Part shown: positions 1-44,900 of the stretch, piece after piece | Layout: each line of letters begins with the position of its first letter | Position numbering within the stretch: the stretch's first letter is position 1 | Assembly: GCA_035084275.1 (NCBI GenBank) | Contig: CM068748.1 | Span: forward strand, 6,510,001-6,574,000 | Direction: 5' to 3' | DNA: 64,000 nucleotides | Origin: Hydrolagus colliei | Taxonomy: Eukaryota | Notes under the pieces: model-generated | Told to the model about the DNA's origin: nothing | The model's input: the letters and a program-made list of their open reading frames with translations, nothing else | The model's database searches: none | Made by a program: the position numbers and the translations under genes

Positions 1-323
1 AGAGAGAGAGAGAGAGAGTGTGGGGGAAAAAAAGGTGGTGGTGGTGTAGTGGGGGTGGGGGGAGAGCTCTCTTCTCTCTTGCCACGAAGAGATGAATTAA
101 AGCGGCGTCTCGGGGCCTGAGCTGCGCGGCCTGGTCCAGATCCAGGATATCCAACCAGTCGCCTGGCCTTCGAAGCGTGTGTGTCCCCTCCCCTCCCCCT
201 CCTCCCCCCCCCGGCAAATGGTGGGATAGACAGCGGCATCGAACAGGGTTAGCAGCGAGTCGGCGGCAGCGGCCTCCCTTGTTTCTTTTTTGTTCATTTT
301 ATTAAATGCAATAAAAAGTCCAC

Positions 324-32785
<32,462 letters not shown>

Positions 32786-33590
32786 AATGATCTTACAGAA
32801 TGCAGATAAGCTGTGTCATTGTTCCAGGATTGCCCTGCTGATATTCAGCATTTTTCCTAGGCATGTAGTGAACTGTTGAGTACATTTATGTGTAAATACA
32901 GGGATTGGAAAGGAATAAGCAAAAGCTGGTACTTCAAAAATGGTAAAAGCGGTTCACAAAAAAGGTAGAGCAAGTAGTTACTCTGTCTTAGTTATTTGCA
33001 CTGTTTTACATTTTTAAACCTTTATTCAGAGTAGGTTTACTTGAAGCTTAATTATTTGTCCTAAGAAACAAAGAACTTTCGAATTACATTTTCTTAAGAA
33101 AATTATGCCCTTGTGACATATGTATGTGATACAGTAGCTTGCTGTGCACATTAGTGCACAATTGGAACTTAATTAAATACACAAGTCTCTTACACTTTCC
33201 ACAGTGGAAACTGAGTGTTTTATTTTGCTGCATATTAGAATGGAAGCTTTCAATGTATTTGCTAATTTTATTTTCTGTAACTATTTAGGATTTAAACCGT
33301 GTACTTTGGTTTTTTTAAAAAAATATTTTAAGTTGAGTATTATGGCATTCCATGGGTCGAAAAAATAAAATTCAATTTGAGTACTTTACAGTATGAATAT
33401 TTAATTAGTTTTTTTGAAAAAAAATCAGTTGTGTATATAGGTGGCTGTGATACTTAATGTGCAAGGATTCAAACTATTAAATATAGGAATACTGAAGATA
33501 TCTATTTTCTTAAAAATAGATTGTATCAGATGGTAGCAATTTAATTCTATTTTAAAGTTCCTTTGATCTATTCCAGTTACTGTGTTAACT

Positions 33591-33596
33591 AATAAA
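33591..33596 (+). terminator. Candidate BTAF1 polyadenylation signal AATAAA
   Basis: AATAAA ~800 nt after the stop at the end of an AU-rich, repeat-free UTR-like tract; another AATAAA lies near 33364. Confidence 0.45.
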
Positions 33597-36500
33597 ATGT
33601 TGCACTTTACACCATGTTCCCCATTTTATGTATGAAACCGAAAGTGGATCATGTTCATTTACTTCTATTTTAATCATCCCAGTTTACAGCAAATGCCATA
33701 AAAATTTTAAAAAGCAAAACTATTATGGCATACTGGTCTGTAAATTTTAAGAAATGACAATGCTTTTTTACAAATGAGATGCCAGACATCGAAAGAAATT
33801 AGATTTTTACAAAAAGGAGACTGGAGGAAGAAAAGGCCTTTCAGTCCATCAAGCCTTCAAACCAACAAGCCATCCCACCTATTTTGCATATTTTAAGTAT
33901 AGTTCTCAGTGATATGATAATTTTTTAATCTCTGCGTAACACAATTGAGTACAGCTTCCCCAAATTAATTTTGGTTCTAAGTATGACAATTATTCCAAAT
34001 ATCTGTGCCTTAATCAGTCTGGATTGCTTTCCTTTACACTTCCCACACTGAGCCAGATCAGTACATTTTAAACTCAAGACAAACTGTAGCAAGAGAACAC
34101 AAGATGCATTGTTTTTCACACAACCAGCCTTTTCAAGTGTGCATATGCAACAGTTTCAGCCAATTGAGTGGAAAGGTTTGCAATTCTGAAACGAAGTGAA
34201 ATTATTATTCCATGTGAGTAACTTTTTTTTAAAAAATGCATGTAGTAATGAGCTGCAGTAAAACTCATTTTCTTACTGTTGGAGCAACTGATGCTGCTTC
34301 AGAGATTCATACTTGCATTGTCTGAATTACTTTCCTTAAGCCTAAGAAGAGCTTTGCATATTCAAAACTAAGTACACATCGGGGCTTTTCTCACTTTTTT
34401 TAATTAAAAAAAGTCAAGGATACTAACAATATTCAGATGCTTAGCAGTGTTAAAATGGGTTTGTTGGAAATGTCTCAATTGTGTAGCTGAAGACATTTCA
34501 TTATCTGTCCTTGGAATGACCTGTCTATTTGTTCACATCCCATGGCACTATTTGAAAAAAAAATGCTCCTAGTGTCCAAGCTAATAATCCCCCAAATAAA
34601 ATTGGTCAATTATTTTACAGCTGTTTGTGGGACATTCCTGTTATACAGATTCACAGTAAATTCCTGTAAAGTGCCTTAATGTTCTTCTGATATAAGGTGC
34701 CCAAATGCAAGGATTATTATTCTGAAATCACCTCACACATTTCAGGAGGGGCTCAGGATTTCTCATAACTGGATTCATGCTTATATACAGGGTTTAAAAT
34801 GGCTTACAATAGGGCTGTTACTGGCACATAATTTACTTAATGGTTTGCAACCAGCTTCCTTGCATGATTGTGAGCATGATACCACCCTGTTCCATTTGAG
34901 AGAATGAGCTGTGCCTTTATACCATTTATTCATATACATGTTTACAACTACAGTCTGCAAACCATGGAAAATAATGTTCAAGACAGACCACAAACTACAG
35001 TCTGTTTTTAGAGCTACAAAGCAGAAAGGCTCTAAATCCCATTCCACTTTTTTTTTACTACATTAGCTGGTCTTAACCAGAATGAAATTGCAATTGACAT
35101 GAACGCTCAATACATGAGAAGAGCGGTGTTTGCTGTGATTTTTCCTGTTATCAAAAGGCTGCTAACACAGCTGAAATACTTATAATTTATCAATGATGAG
35201 GTAGTGGAGGGCAATAAATAGAATGAATAAATAATAAATCGAAGGAAACCAGGAAAGAAGGGGGGGAAATTAATGACTGAATTATCAGGTTACAATATTT
35301 TTCAGTTTAAAACTTAAATCATTGGCACATTTTGGTCAAGTTATTATGGTTTTACAAGTATCCATATATGATCAAATCTAAATGCTTAGAGCATTTCTCT
35401 TCAACTCAACACTGAATGTAGCTTTGCTTTCTAAAATGCTGTCAATAAGTAATGGGGGCAACATCTCACCCAGGAAGGAGGTGATCTTCGCATAAAAGTC
35501 AGTTTAGTAAAACTGGATCAGAAACATAGATGGAGAGGTAAAACCAATTCAGAACTCGAATTAATTTAATCAAGAAATATAAAATCTCTTAACTGGCCAT
35601 TGTATCCCATATGGTTTGGTCTTACCAGCTCAATTAAATTTGAATTAGACTGTTTGAAATCGATCAAATCCACTGACATAGGCAATATTTATTTTTATAA
35701 ACTAACTACCCTGTTCCAATCCATTCAAAAACAGGCAATATATAACACCTGACACACTGCTTAACCGTCTCATCTAGATTTTAGAACAAATGGGAAGTGG
35801 TAGAGTTCTATTCTCGGAGGGGATAAAATCATTCAGCTGTATAACAAAGTGGCAAGGGAGATTCCAAAAATAAACCTGAATGCAGACAAAGCCGGGACTT
35901 TAATCCAATCTACAATTGGAATCAGCTGCATTCCAAAAACAGCTCATTATATCCCTGCAATTATGTTCCACTGAATATTTGGACCTCAGAAGTTGGGCAG
36001 GGGCAATGATGATTAATCAAAAGGGATGATCCAAGTAGATTTTTAGTACCAAGTATGTGTCTGACATCGGATTTTAAATTTCTTTGTAACTTGTAATTAA
36101 ATTGTAACTTTTACACACACTCTTTGGAAGATAACAGTTTGGAATTGAATAATGCTTTGAAAGTGGCCAAACACTGGGCACATAAATATAAGTTATTTTA
36201 ATATATGATTAAATACCTTCCATAAGAAGTGATACCAAATGCTTTCTAAAAGTTTAATTCTAATCCTTTGATATTCTAGCATAACTCTAACTTTAAAAGA
36301 AATTGGTTTTGTGGGACTTTGCAGAATATATTTCCTTAATTTCTGATACATAGATTGCCACCAACAAGTCCAATTTTGGAATGCGGAATATAAATCCTGT
36401 TTTGTATTCTGAATTACTTGAGCAGCAAGACAAACATACAATGTGGTTTGTATAATTCATCACATTGCTTCCTTGTATTTCACACACTATAGATTTGTAA

Positions 36501-37809
36501 ACCAATATGTAATAGGAAATATGAGAGCAGGGCAAATAAGAATAGTTGCAGTGGGGACACTTGTCTGAGTAGGCTCTTGTGCTGCAAATCTTATAGTTCC
36601 CCAAACAATGCACATATGAAGAATTTGTTTCATGCATCTACTTTATGGTCTTCCAAAATATTACTCCACATATCTTCAACAAGGGCAATGAGTGCCAAGT
36701 GTTGCATTCATTTATTTTAAACAAAACTACCAAAGATGAGTAGTGGTAAATCTGAATTGGTCATTCTACCAATTAATTTCTGCAACTGTAAGCACAAAAT
36801 AAAAATTTGGCTCAAAGTCAATTTTCTTAACCGGAATGCTGGGAGGAAACAATTCTTGAATCCAATTTCATTCAGATAATGCAATTTTCTCTACAATTAA
36901 AATCAGAATAACTGGTCTATAAAATGTTATTTCATAATTGGCACTAAGCTCGAATGAAACAATGTCAATTTTCCTATTTCAATAGTGCACAGTACAGTGA
37001 TTAAAATACTGAATCCTTAATATCAATTCACCCAATGCTGGCCAGCGTAATGAACCTCCAGGCAGAGTACTTCTAGTTAGCTGTCAAAGAATTGCAGCTC
37101 TAAAAATATGCTAAAATTGAGTCGTGTTAAATATTTCAGTGTTCTTAACAGGAAAAATTATTTTTTATTCTTAAAGAATTAAAGGCACTTCCTTTATGAT
37201 ACTACTTCAACAAGATTTTTCAGTGAGTGAATGTTTTTTTAAAAAGATTCTTCTTGCAAGGGAAATTAAATAAAATTCTTCAGAAAAATGCATAATACCT
37301 GCCATTCTTTGGTATGCAAACTTAATGTGTTTCGTTATACAGCTCATTTATTCCATGCTGGCATATCATTTGGCAATGGTCTAACTGCTTTGCATGTGAA
37401 TGATTGTAGCATTGTCTCTGAAATGTTGTTCTATAGGCAAAGGAACGTTAGATATGGTCTCCAGAGAAAAGTGTTTTTCTTTTAAGAGAACCTGTACAAG
37501 AGAAAGTTTTTTTTAAAAAAATCCAAGTTATTTGCCGATAATTCTTGAAGAACAAGAAAGAATATCTATGATCTTCACTTATGCTGAAATATTTTTCATT
37601 GTGCTTAGCTTGTTATTTTAGAAAAATTAGGTGTAATGAATCTGTTATTTAAAATAAAGTATTGTAAATATGAATCATGTAACTGGATGCAGATAATAGC
37701 AATCGATGTGTTCCTCCTGTAGATGGTGCCATTTTGCAAGTTCAGCTGTTTAGAATCCAAGTGTCCTTGGGAGGAAATGTGATTTGCTATTAGAAATGTT
37801 CAGCCAATC

Positions 37810-40800
37810 AAGACTTCAGTAGGCTTCTGTGGTTTTAATAAATGTTGCAAATCATGCCAACAGTCGCCAATGATCATGCAAAATCATGACAAGTGTTACT
37901 GATTCATACAACTAAGTTTAATAAGGTTTACTTGTTAGTACAGAAAAAATTAAAGTCCAAACTACAAACTTAAGCATTGGTAAGCAATAGCAGCATTGAG
38001 CTCCATGTTTAGTCACAGTACTGCAGTTCCGTACAAGCATCAGTCCAAGCCAAAATGTATATGCTGTGTAAGAGTACTAGCTAAACAATCTAGGAGAACA
38101 GTAAAAGATACATTTAAAATTAGTAGTTTGTTTGGAAACAAACACAGACATCCTAGCTTTGAACACTCTAAAAATGATGTTTTCCATTATTTAACAGCAA
38201 AGTTACAAATACCTGTACTGTATACCCCAATACAACTACGTCCAGAAAAGTTTGGCTATATTGTGTTTATTTAGTATTAGCACCTTAATGTTAAGTAAAC
38301 TAACTGAATACTAAAATCGGTGCATTTACTACGAATTTTGTGCAAAACAAATTTGCAGAATTACCACATTTACCTACAATTTCCGGCTAGCTACCCATTT
38401 GGGGTATATAGTAATTGCTTGCATTTATAAATACTTGGTGGCATTTTTCAACACTGTAGCAGCTAACTGAGACCGAGAGGAAAGTTTGGTTAGTAAATAG
38501 AAAGAAGGAACAAGTTAGTGTACAAAGTAGTACAAAAACCAGTTGCTACATACAAACCAGCCTCAACAACAAAAAATGCATTTCCCCATCTGAAATTCCA
38601 TGGCTTATCACTCAGCAAAACAGGTAGACAGACACCCCAGGTACAACTTGGATTTTCCCCTCCCCCTTACAATAGCACAACATTATTTTGTCTGTTCCAT
38701 TCTGATAGTTTATTGCCCATTCATCCAATTACATTGTCAATCACTCTACATTTTCAGCCGTTTGTCATTACCACACTACTGTAAACCACTTCAGCAAGTT
38801 AATACATGAAGCTTTGCATTTCAAAACTAGACACTTTAGTTACAATATTACAAAGGTTTCAGCTCCAAAAATAACAAAACTGAAAATAAACTTTAAAGAA
38901 TTAGCATCATAAAATTAATTTATTCCAAGTAAAAATACAAAATAATATTGATGACATTGACCAGATATGAAAGTCTCTCCCCGAAATGACTTATGGTTGA
39001 GAAAAGCCGTCTTTAAAGAAAAATAACTAAATAAAAATGAAAAATATGTAAATATGTTTAAATCCTCTGGTTTTAGCAAAAATCTCTCTAAAAATAACAA
39101 TGAATATTTGTATCAGTACAAAGGCTACGTTACTATTGAAAAAATACTAGCATGAAGAAAAGGTACACATTTGACAGTAGAAAAATGATTTAGTGAATCA
39201 CAATGTCTAAAGTTTGCAATGAAAATAAATCTGCGATAAAGATTTATGCTTTTTTGTTTTTTTTTTACAAACAGTACAAACAGTATTGCACATTACAACA
39301 AAGAGTCGAGGTTAAGTTAGCCTTCAAAATTGACTAATTCAAGTCTCCAACATCAAGAGAAGGCCACAAATGGACCTGATGCACCAGGGGCTCTTAGTCA
39401 AGTTACAATTTGAACATCTTAGAAATAACATTCTCAATCTGAAGGACCTCATTATATTCATTGACAAGTAAACAAATTGGGGCTTGTTATAATTTAACAA
39501 AAGGGAGCATGTTGTTATAACTTAACATAAAAAGGTATTCATACAAAAATAATGAACAGAAGATTTCTTTCACAATTCTGGTCAGTCGTACTTAAAGGAT
39601 TAATGATAAATACACAAATTAAGTGAAAAATATTTTAATTTTTACGTCCTACTAACAGCTTCCAGCACCAATGGAGATGTGTCTATCCCAAGCCGTTTAA
39701 TTATTTCTTTACATTCCAGCTTTTAAATTCATACATTAAACTATACGAAGAAGGGGAAAACTGTTTATAAATGTTCACTTTTCCACATTTAGGTAGATTT
39801 TTTTTTAAAGTCTTGTACTGTAGCTAACTACAATTCTCCATATTAAAGTTATAAAGCTCTAGCTCCTTCAATTTCCAAAAAAGCAAATAAGCATGAAAAA
39901 AATAAAATTACCCATCTGTTAAATCATTTCCTTGCAGAATTAAATTAATATATATTTTTAGAATAAACTTACTTAGAAAATATCAATTTCTTTCCTATAT
40001 TTCAAAATTGAGGTATTGCAAAAGATCATGTCAGTCAGAAAGCACGCTTAAAAAATCAGCTGACTGTTGAAAACCGTCCAGATACAAAAAGTAGTGCATA
40101 ACAAATGTCTTATACAGATAATGAAAAAACATAGAAAAACATGCCTGGGCAGGAAAGCAATATCACAAAAAGCCCAGAAGTAACCTCCAAAGAGATAATA
40201 AGCAATTTACCAGTAAAAAAGTAATTTCTTTTTCTTTTTTCAAAAAAAATCCATTTCAATGCCAATACTTGCAACTAAACACTGAAAAGAAAACTAAAAA
40301 AGGAAAATAAAGACTTACTGGACATAAACAGGACATCACAACACACAAATGACTCAACAATTAGTATCAAATCTACTATGCGGTGTCATATCCAGTCAGA
40401 TTGTCCCCAGAGCTGCTGAAGGTTACTGTGTACAAACCCCACCGTTGGTACACTTGTTGCCTGTGTTTGGTTGAAATCTGCAGCCCCACTGTACATGCTA
40501 AAAAATGTCCACTAATTAGCAGATCTTATTAGAATTCAAGCTTTGCAGGATATACCCAGGGATTGGGGAGTTTATTCTGAACCAGAAAGCAGACATCTCC
40601 ATTTTGACTTTGTGCAGACAGTTCTTTTGCATTAGTTTCCTTTCCTAATGTGCCTACTTGTCAGTCCGACAAATATATTGGTAGTGTATGAGCTCTTTGG
40701 TTTTCTGGACAAGGTCTGAAGCTATGTAAATGGTGCAAGCAGCAGAGAAATTTAACTGAGCTCACTTGTTTATACACTGGTTATGAAGCATCACATACTT

Positions 40801-41900
40801 CTATGTCAGACATTACAACGTTTAACTTTATCACAGTACTATACATAATCACCTTACTATATAAAAATTGCACAATAAGTGATCACCGCAGAGTACTTCA
40901 CCTACCATCAACATAACTTCAAGATATCCTACATCTAGTTAAGTATTTGTGATATCTGTAATGTTTTAACGGACACAGATTCAAACTCCATAAGCATTTA
41001 CATTACTGAGGCAAGCTATCCTCAGGATTAGCCAATTCTCTTTTGTACGGAGATGTTTTTTTTTGTAGCCTACATAATTATTTTTGTGCACTGGTGGGCA
41101 GGTTGTCAGCAGATATAAGAGACATGATACACAAAATTTATTGCATGCAGCAACCTGGATAAGTAAACATGCAGTCCAAAACTACTGACCCTCCTGTGGA
41201 GCCTCTCCATGCTATACTGCATCTTTTCAGCAGCATTATGCTCCACGTTTATTTATAACCCTAGCCTGAATAAAGTACTGTGGTATCTGCAATACCATTT
41301 ATATAGCAGCAAAAGCTATTGCAGCATACATTTACATAACACTAACATAGACCTAACCAAAAAAACCCCAGCAAAATCAGATTGAGCTTATGAGGTATAA
41401 ATCTTGCAAGTCAAAATGGAGAGCAAAAAAAGGCTTATTTTAGGGTAACTGGTATTCTAAATGACCCCAAATTAGAATTGCTGAATATTTGAGAAGAATG
41501 TTTGCTACATATGCCACCTACAGTGTGTTACCTTTGGTAAGTCTTCTAGGGGCAAGTCTAAGTTTCTGAAAATAAGTGCATGTTCCTTTCACAGGAAACA
41601 GTCACATGAGCGCCAAGCTGGCAGTGGCTGACGGGATATCAGCTACTAATTGTAAATCACAATGCAATGTCCAATATTGAACAAACAAAGGTACCCAAGC
41701 AGATGTTTGCGAGCCAAAGTGCAGAGTCATTACAGATACTCTTAAAATTTTATATACCAGACAATCTTGGATGAGTTCAGTGACTTTAAACAAAAACAAA
41801 AACATTCTTTATCTGAGGAAGAATGCACCAATTTCCAGAACCCTCTCAGCCCTGAGGCAGCGCTCTGCGCTCCAGTACGTGTCGGTGATTATACGATGGT
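37810..41900 (-). other. CPEB3: CPEB3 long 3'UTR with alternative poly(A) signals
   Basis: AU-rich and free of recognisable repeats. Minus-strand AATAAA at 38919-38924 and 38266-38271, ATTAAA at 37834-37839. The distal end is uncertain. Confidence 0.6.
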
Positions 41901-44900
41901 TCAGCTCCAGCGGAAGGGGACGTGGCGCGGGCGATCACCTCCTTCTTTCACGAGGGGCTTGTGAAATTCCCTGCCAGCGCGCGAGTGTATGCTTGCCCAG
42001 CAGTATTCACAGTAATACTGCAAACAGGTAACATTGGCACAGAAGAACGGGGCAAATTTTCCACCACAGCGTGCACCCTGGCATTCGTCACACATCTGAT
42101 CATCCAGGACATATGGCTTAACTTCCACCTGCAGCAGAAAATAGATATAATATTTACACATTTCAAACAATAAAGATAAACTTCAACAAACACTCCAGTG
42201 TCTGTAGATAATAATTCACTGTACAGTTAGAAGACTAGGTTTTCCATTTGTTATATTATTATTATATATTATATATAAAATGATTTAATTATTGCATTGG
42301 CTGGGATACTTTCCACTGCATTTAGTTTTCTTCTCAAAGATCAGCTTTTATGTAGAACTAGTGCAATATGAAAATGCTGCAAGGAAATGAGTCCAAATAA
42401 ATGTCCTTTAAAGGCAAAGCTGAGTAATTTGAAGGACCGTACTTTATTTCATGAATATATATCTAAAAATGCAAGCATCAAAGAAACTATCCAAAATGCA
42501 GGTCATTTCTCAAGGGCATTTTGTAATGCTGTATTAGCAAATCTATGGCCAATTCTGTTTTTCTGCAATAATTAAAGTCTTAAAACACTCTGAGAGAATC
42601 TGCATCCTTTGGCATGCAACACAATAGTGAAAGGTTCCATTGGCAGTGGCTTCCAATAAGCGGGGGCTGGAAGCGGGAGGGAGGAAGGCTATTTTCATAT
42701 TATGCGGCTCAACCCACGTTCATGCATTTTTAACAATTTGCAATCAATGGAATGGGCTAATTAATAAGTGTATCAAATGACTTCGAAAATCCTTTTACGT
42801 CAATAGCATTAAGAACATTCTTGCTCTGTGCATGGTTTAGCTCAATTTGAAAAATATACAGGTGTCATTGGGAAAAAAAAACAAGTGTTGATAATATTAG
42901 GGTTGCATGTTGTCCCAATATCCAGTCTCACAGAAGGGATTTGTGAAATTCACAATTTTCATTGGAGAAGGTCAAGGATTATTTTCCTTGCACAATGTAC
43001 CCCACCTCGCTTGTTTTTCCTTCAAGCAACAATTGCCAAACCTTATCACATGTCTTCATTTGTAGGGGGTTATTTTTTATCTTTTCATAAACCTACAATT
43101 TCAGGTCTCATCTCCCCTCTTGTGACTCTGGTTATAGGGGAAGCCAGGCCAAAGAGAATCATTTCATTTGAACCTGTACTGGCACAAAAGAGGTTAAAAA
43201 AAGACGTCATAGCTAATAGGTAGCCACAACTATGTGTTGTTGTTTTTGAGTATCACGTTTTACTTAAGCTTTTTCCCTAGTATCAGCCAACTCCAGATCA
43301 AACATCATGCCAATAAGCAGTACTGGCTTTCATTAAAAATAAAGTCTCTTCGCGGCACACATAGACATGTAACATATACCACTGTAGCAGCTCTGGAGAC
43401 CTAAAAAGGTTTCAACAAGGATACCCCCGAATGGTTACAAGGTATCTTGACAGCCAACAATCTTCCAGATAAATTGATCGTTCACCACTTGATTCTTTAT
43501 GTGACTTTGTTGTGCACAAAATGGCTGCTTTGGTCACCTATACACAGGCAGTTTATTTGTTAATACAGTAATGTAACACCTGGTTCTTCATTGAAATTAC
43601 TCTACATTTCAATGCAGCATCGCTGTCCTTCAAATTAAGGGAGAACAGGTTGACTCACCCGCCTTTCATACCGAACTGTATTAGACGTCTCAGGTGGGGA
43701 GAGAAGAAATGGTAAAAGGATAGGGGGATTTCATTTCATATATTCATACAAATATGTTGTGCAACATTAAGATTCACTTTTTCAATAGATGCATTTTAGA
43801 TGCCACAAGGATTTCTCAAAGATTCCTTTCATTCTGCTTACGGTAGTGAACGATTAGCCATTTGGAGAAGCCAGAGAGAGCATTTTACTGAGCATCTTAT
43901 AGCTATGCCCCATTACCCTTCAATGTTGGCAAGATCAAATATAACCACGAAAAATACAATTAGTCATCATATGTGCATTTTTCTTGTTTATATGCAAATG
44001 AAAACAATTTAAGTTATCCTATTATTAATTACTACATATTCTGGCTGTACTTATAAATGGAGATCTATTGTTCAAGAACAGAGAGCAGATGCCCTACAAA
44101 TGAAAGCAGCTACATGAAAATAACATTTGCTTAGCAACCCACATCTGCAATTTGCACTCTTCTCCAAACCTGTTGTTAATTTTATGCATTACATTTGGTA
44201 CACACATAAATCAACTGATCAGTTGTCCAGCCTTACATTTTACAGCTAGGATTTTTTTGTTACAGTGTCTTCTGCTCAAAATCATAATTTCAAGTAATAA
44301 TAAATTTGCCAATCGAGCTACATTAACCTATGTACACCAATCGGAGCATTATGAACATTAGCCATCCTCATCCTTCAACTCTCATCCCCCACTGAATAAT
44401 AATTGTTTTCATAGGAACAAATGGAGGAAAAGTTTTGTTTAAAAAGCACACTATCAAATGACTGAATTATATTTCAGTTTTGTAGTAGAAATGAGGCCTA
44501 ATTGCTATATATTACAATTCCCAATAGACTAACCTTTGATTGAAACTAAATAGGTCATGATAGAATAGAAGCTTGCTGTATACAGAATTGTCCAGGGAAA
44601 TGTAAAAGTTCTATATTGTTGTGTTTGTGCACAAATAAATTTATAAATTGGAAAGGATGAGGGCAAGATGCACATCACTATTCCAGCAACACAACAGATC
44701 ACCATGTACAGTAAAATCCCATTTATCCGGCACCCAATCAACCGTAACTTCCGTATAACCGGCATTGCAAAAAAAATGTCCGCATTCAATTAACCAGAAT
44801 TTATCCGGAAAAATGCATTGAAAGGAAATGTTTTTTTTTGCGTTTTCGGCCGAATATCCGGTAGGTGCTTTAACCGGCAATGGCCACGTCCCAAGGGTGC

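Noticed and set aside
33900-37800. Short ORFs between the two genes and throughout the introns
   Set aside because: No recognisable protein similarity or splice-consistent structure; expected by chance in AT-rich DNA.
43340-43405. Minus-strand GTCTC...GU-rich stem...GCGAA-GAGAC resembling HDV P2/P4/J4-2
   Set aside because: Only 15 nt lie between P2 and P4, too few for P3-L3-P3'-P1', and there is no L3 motif.
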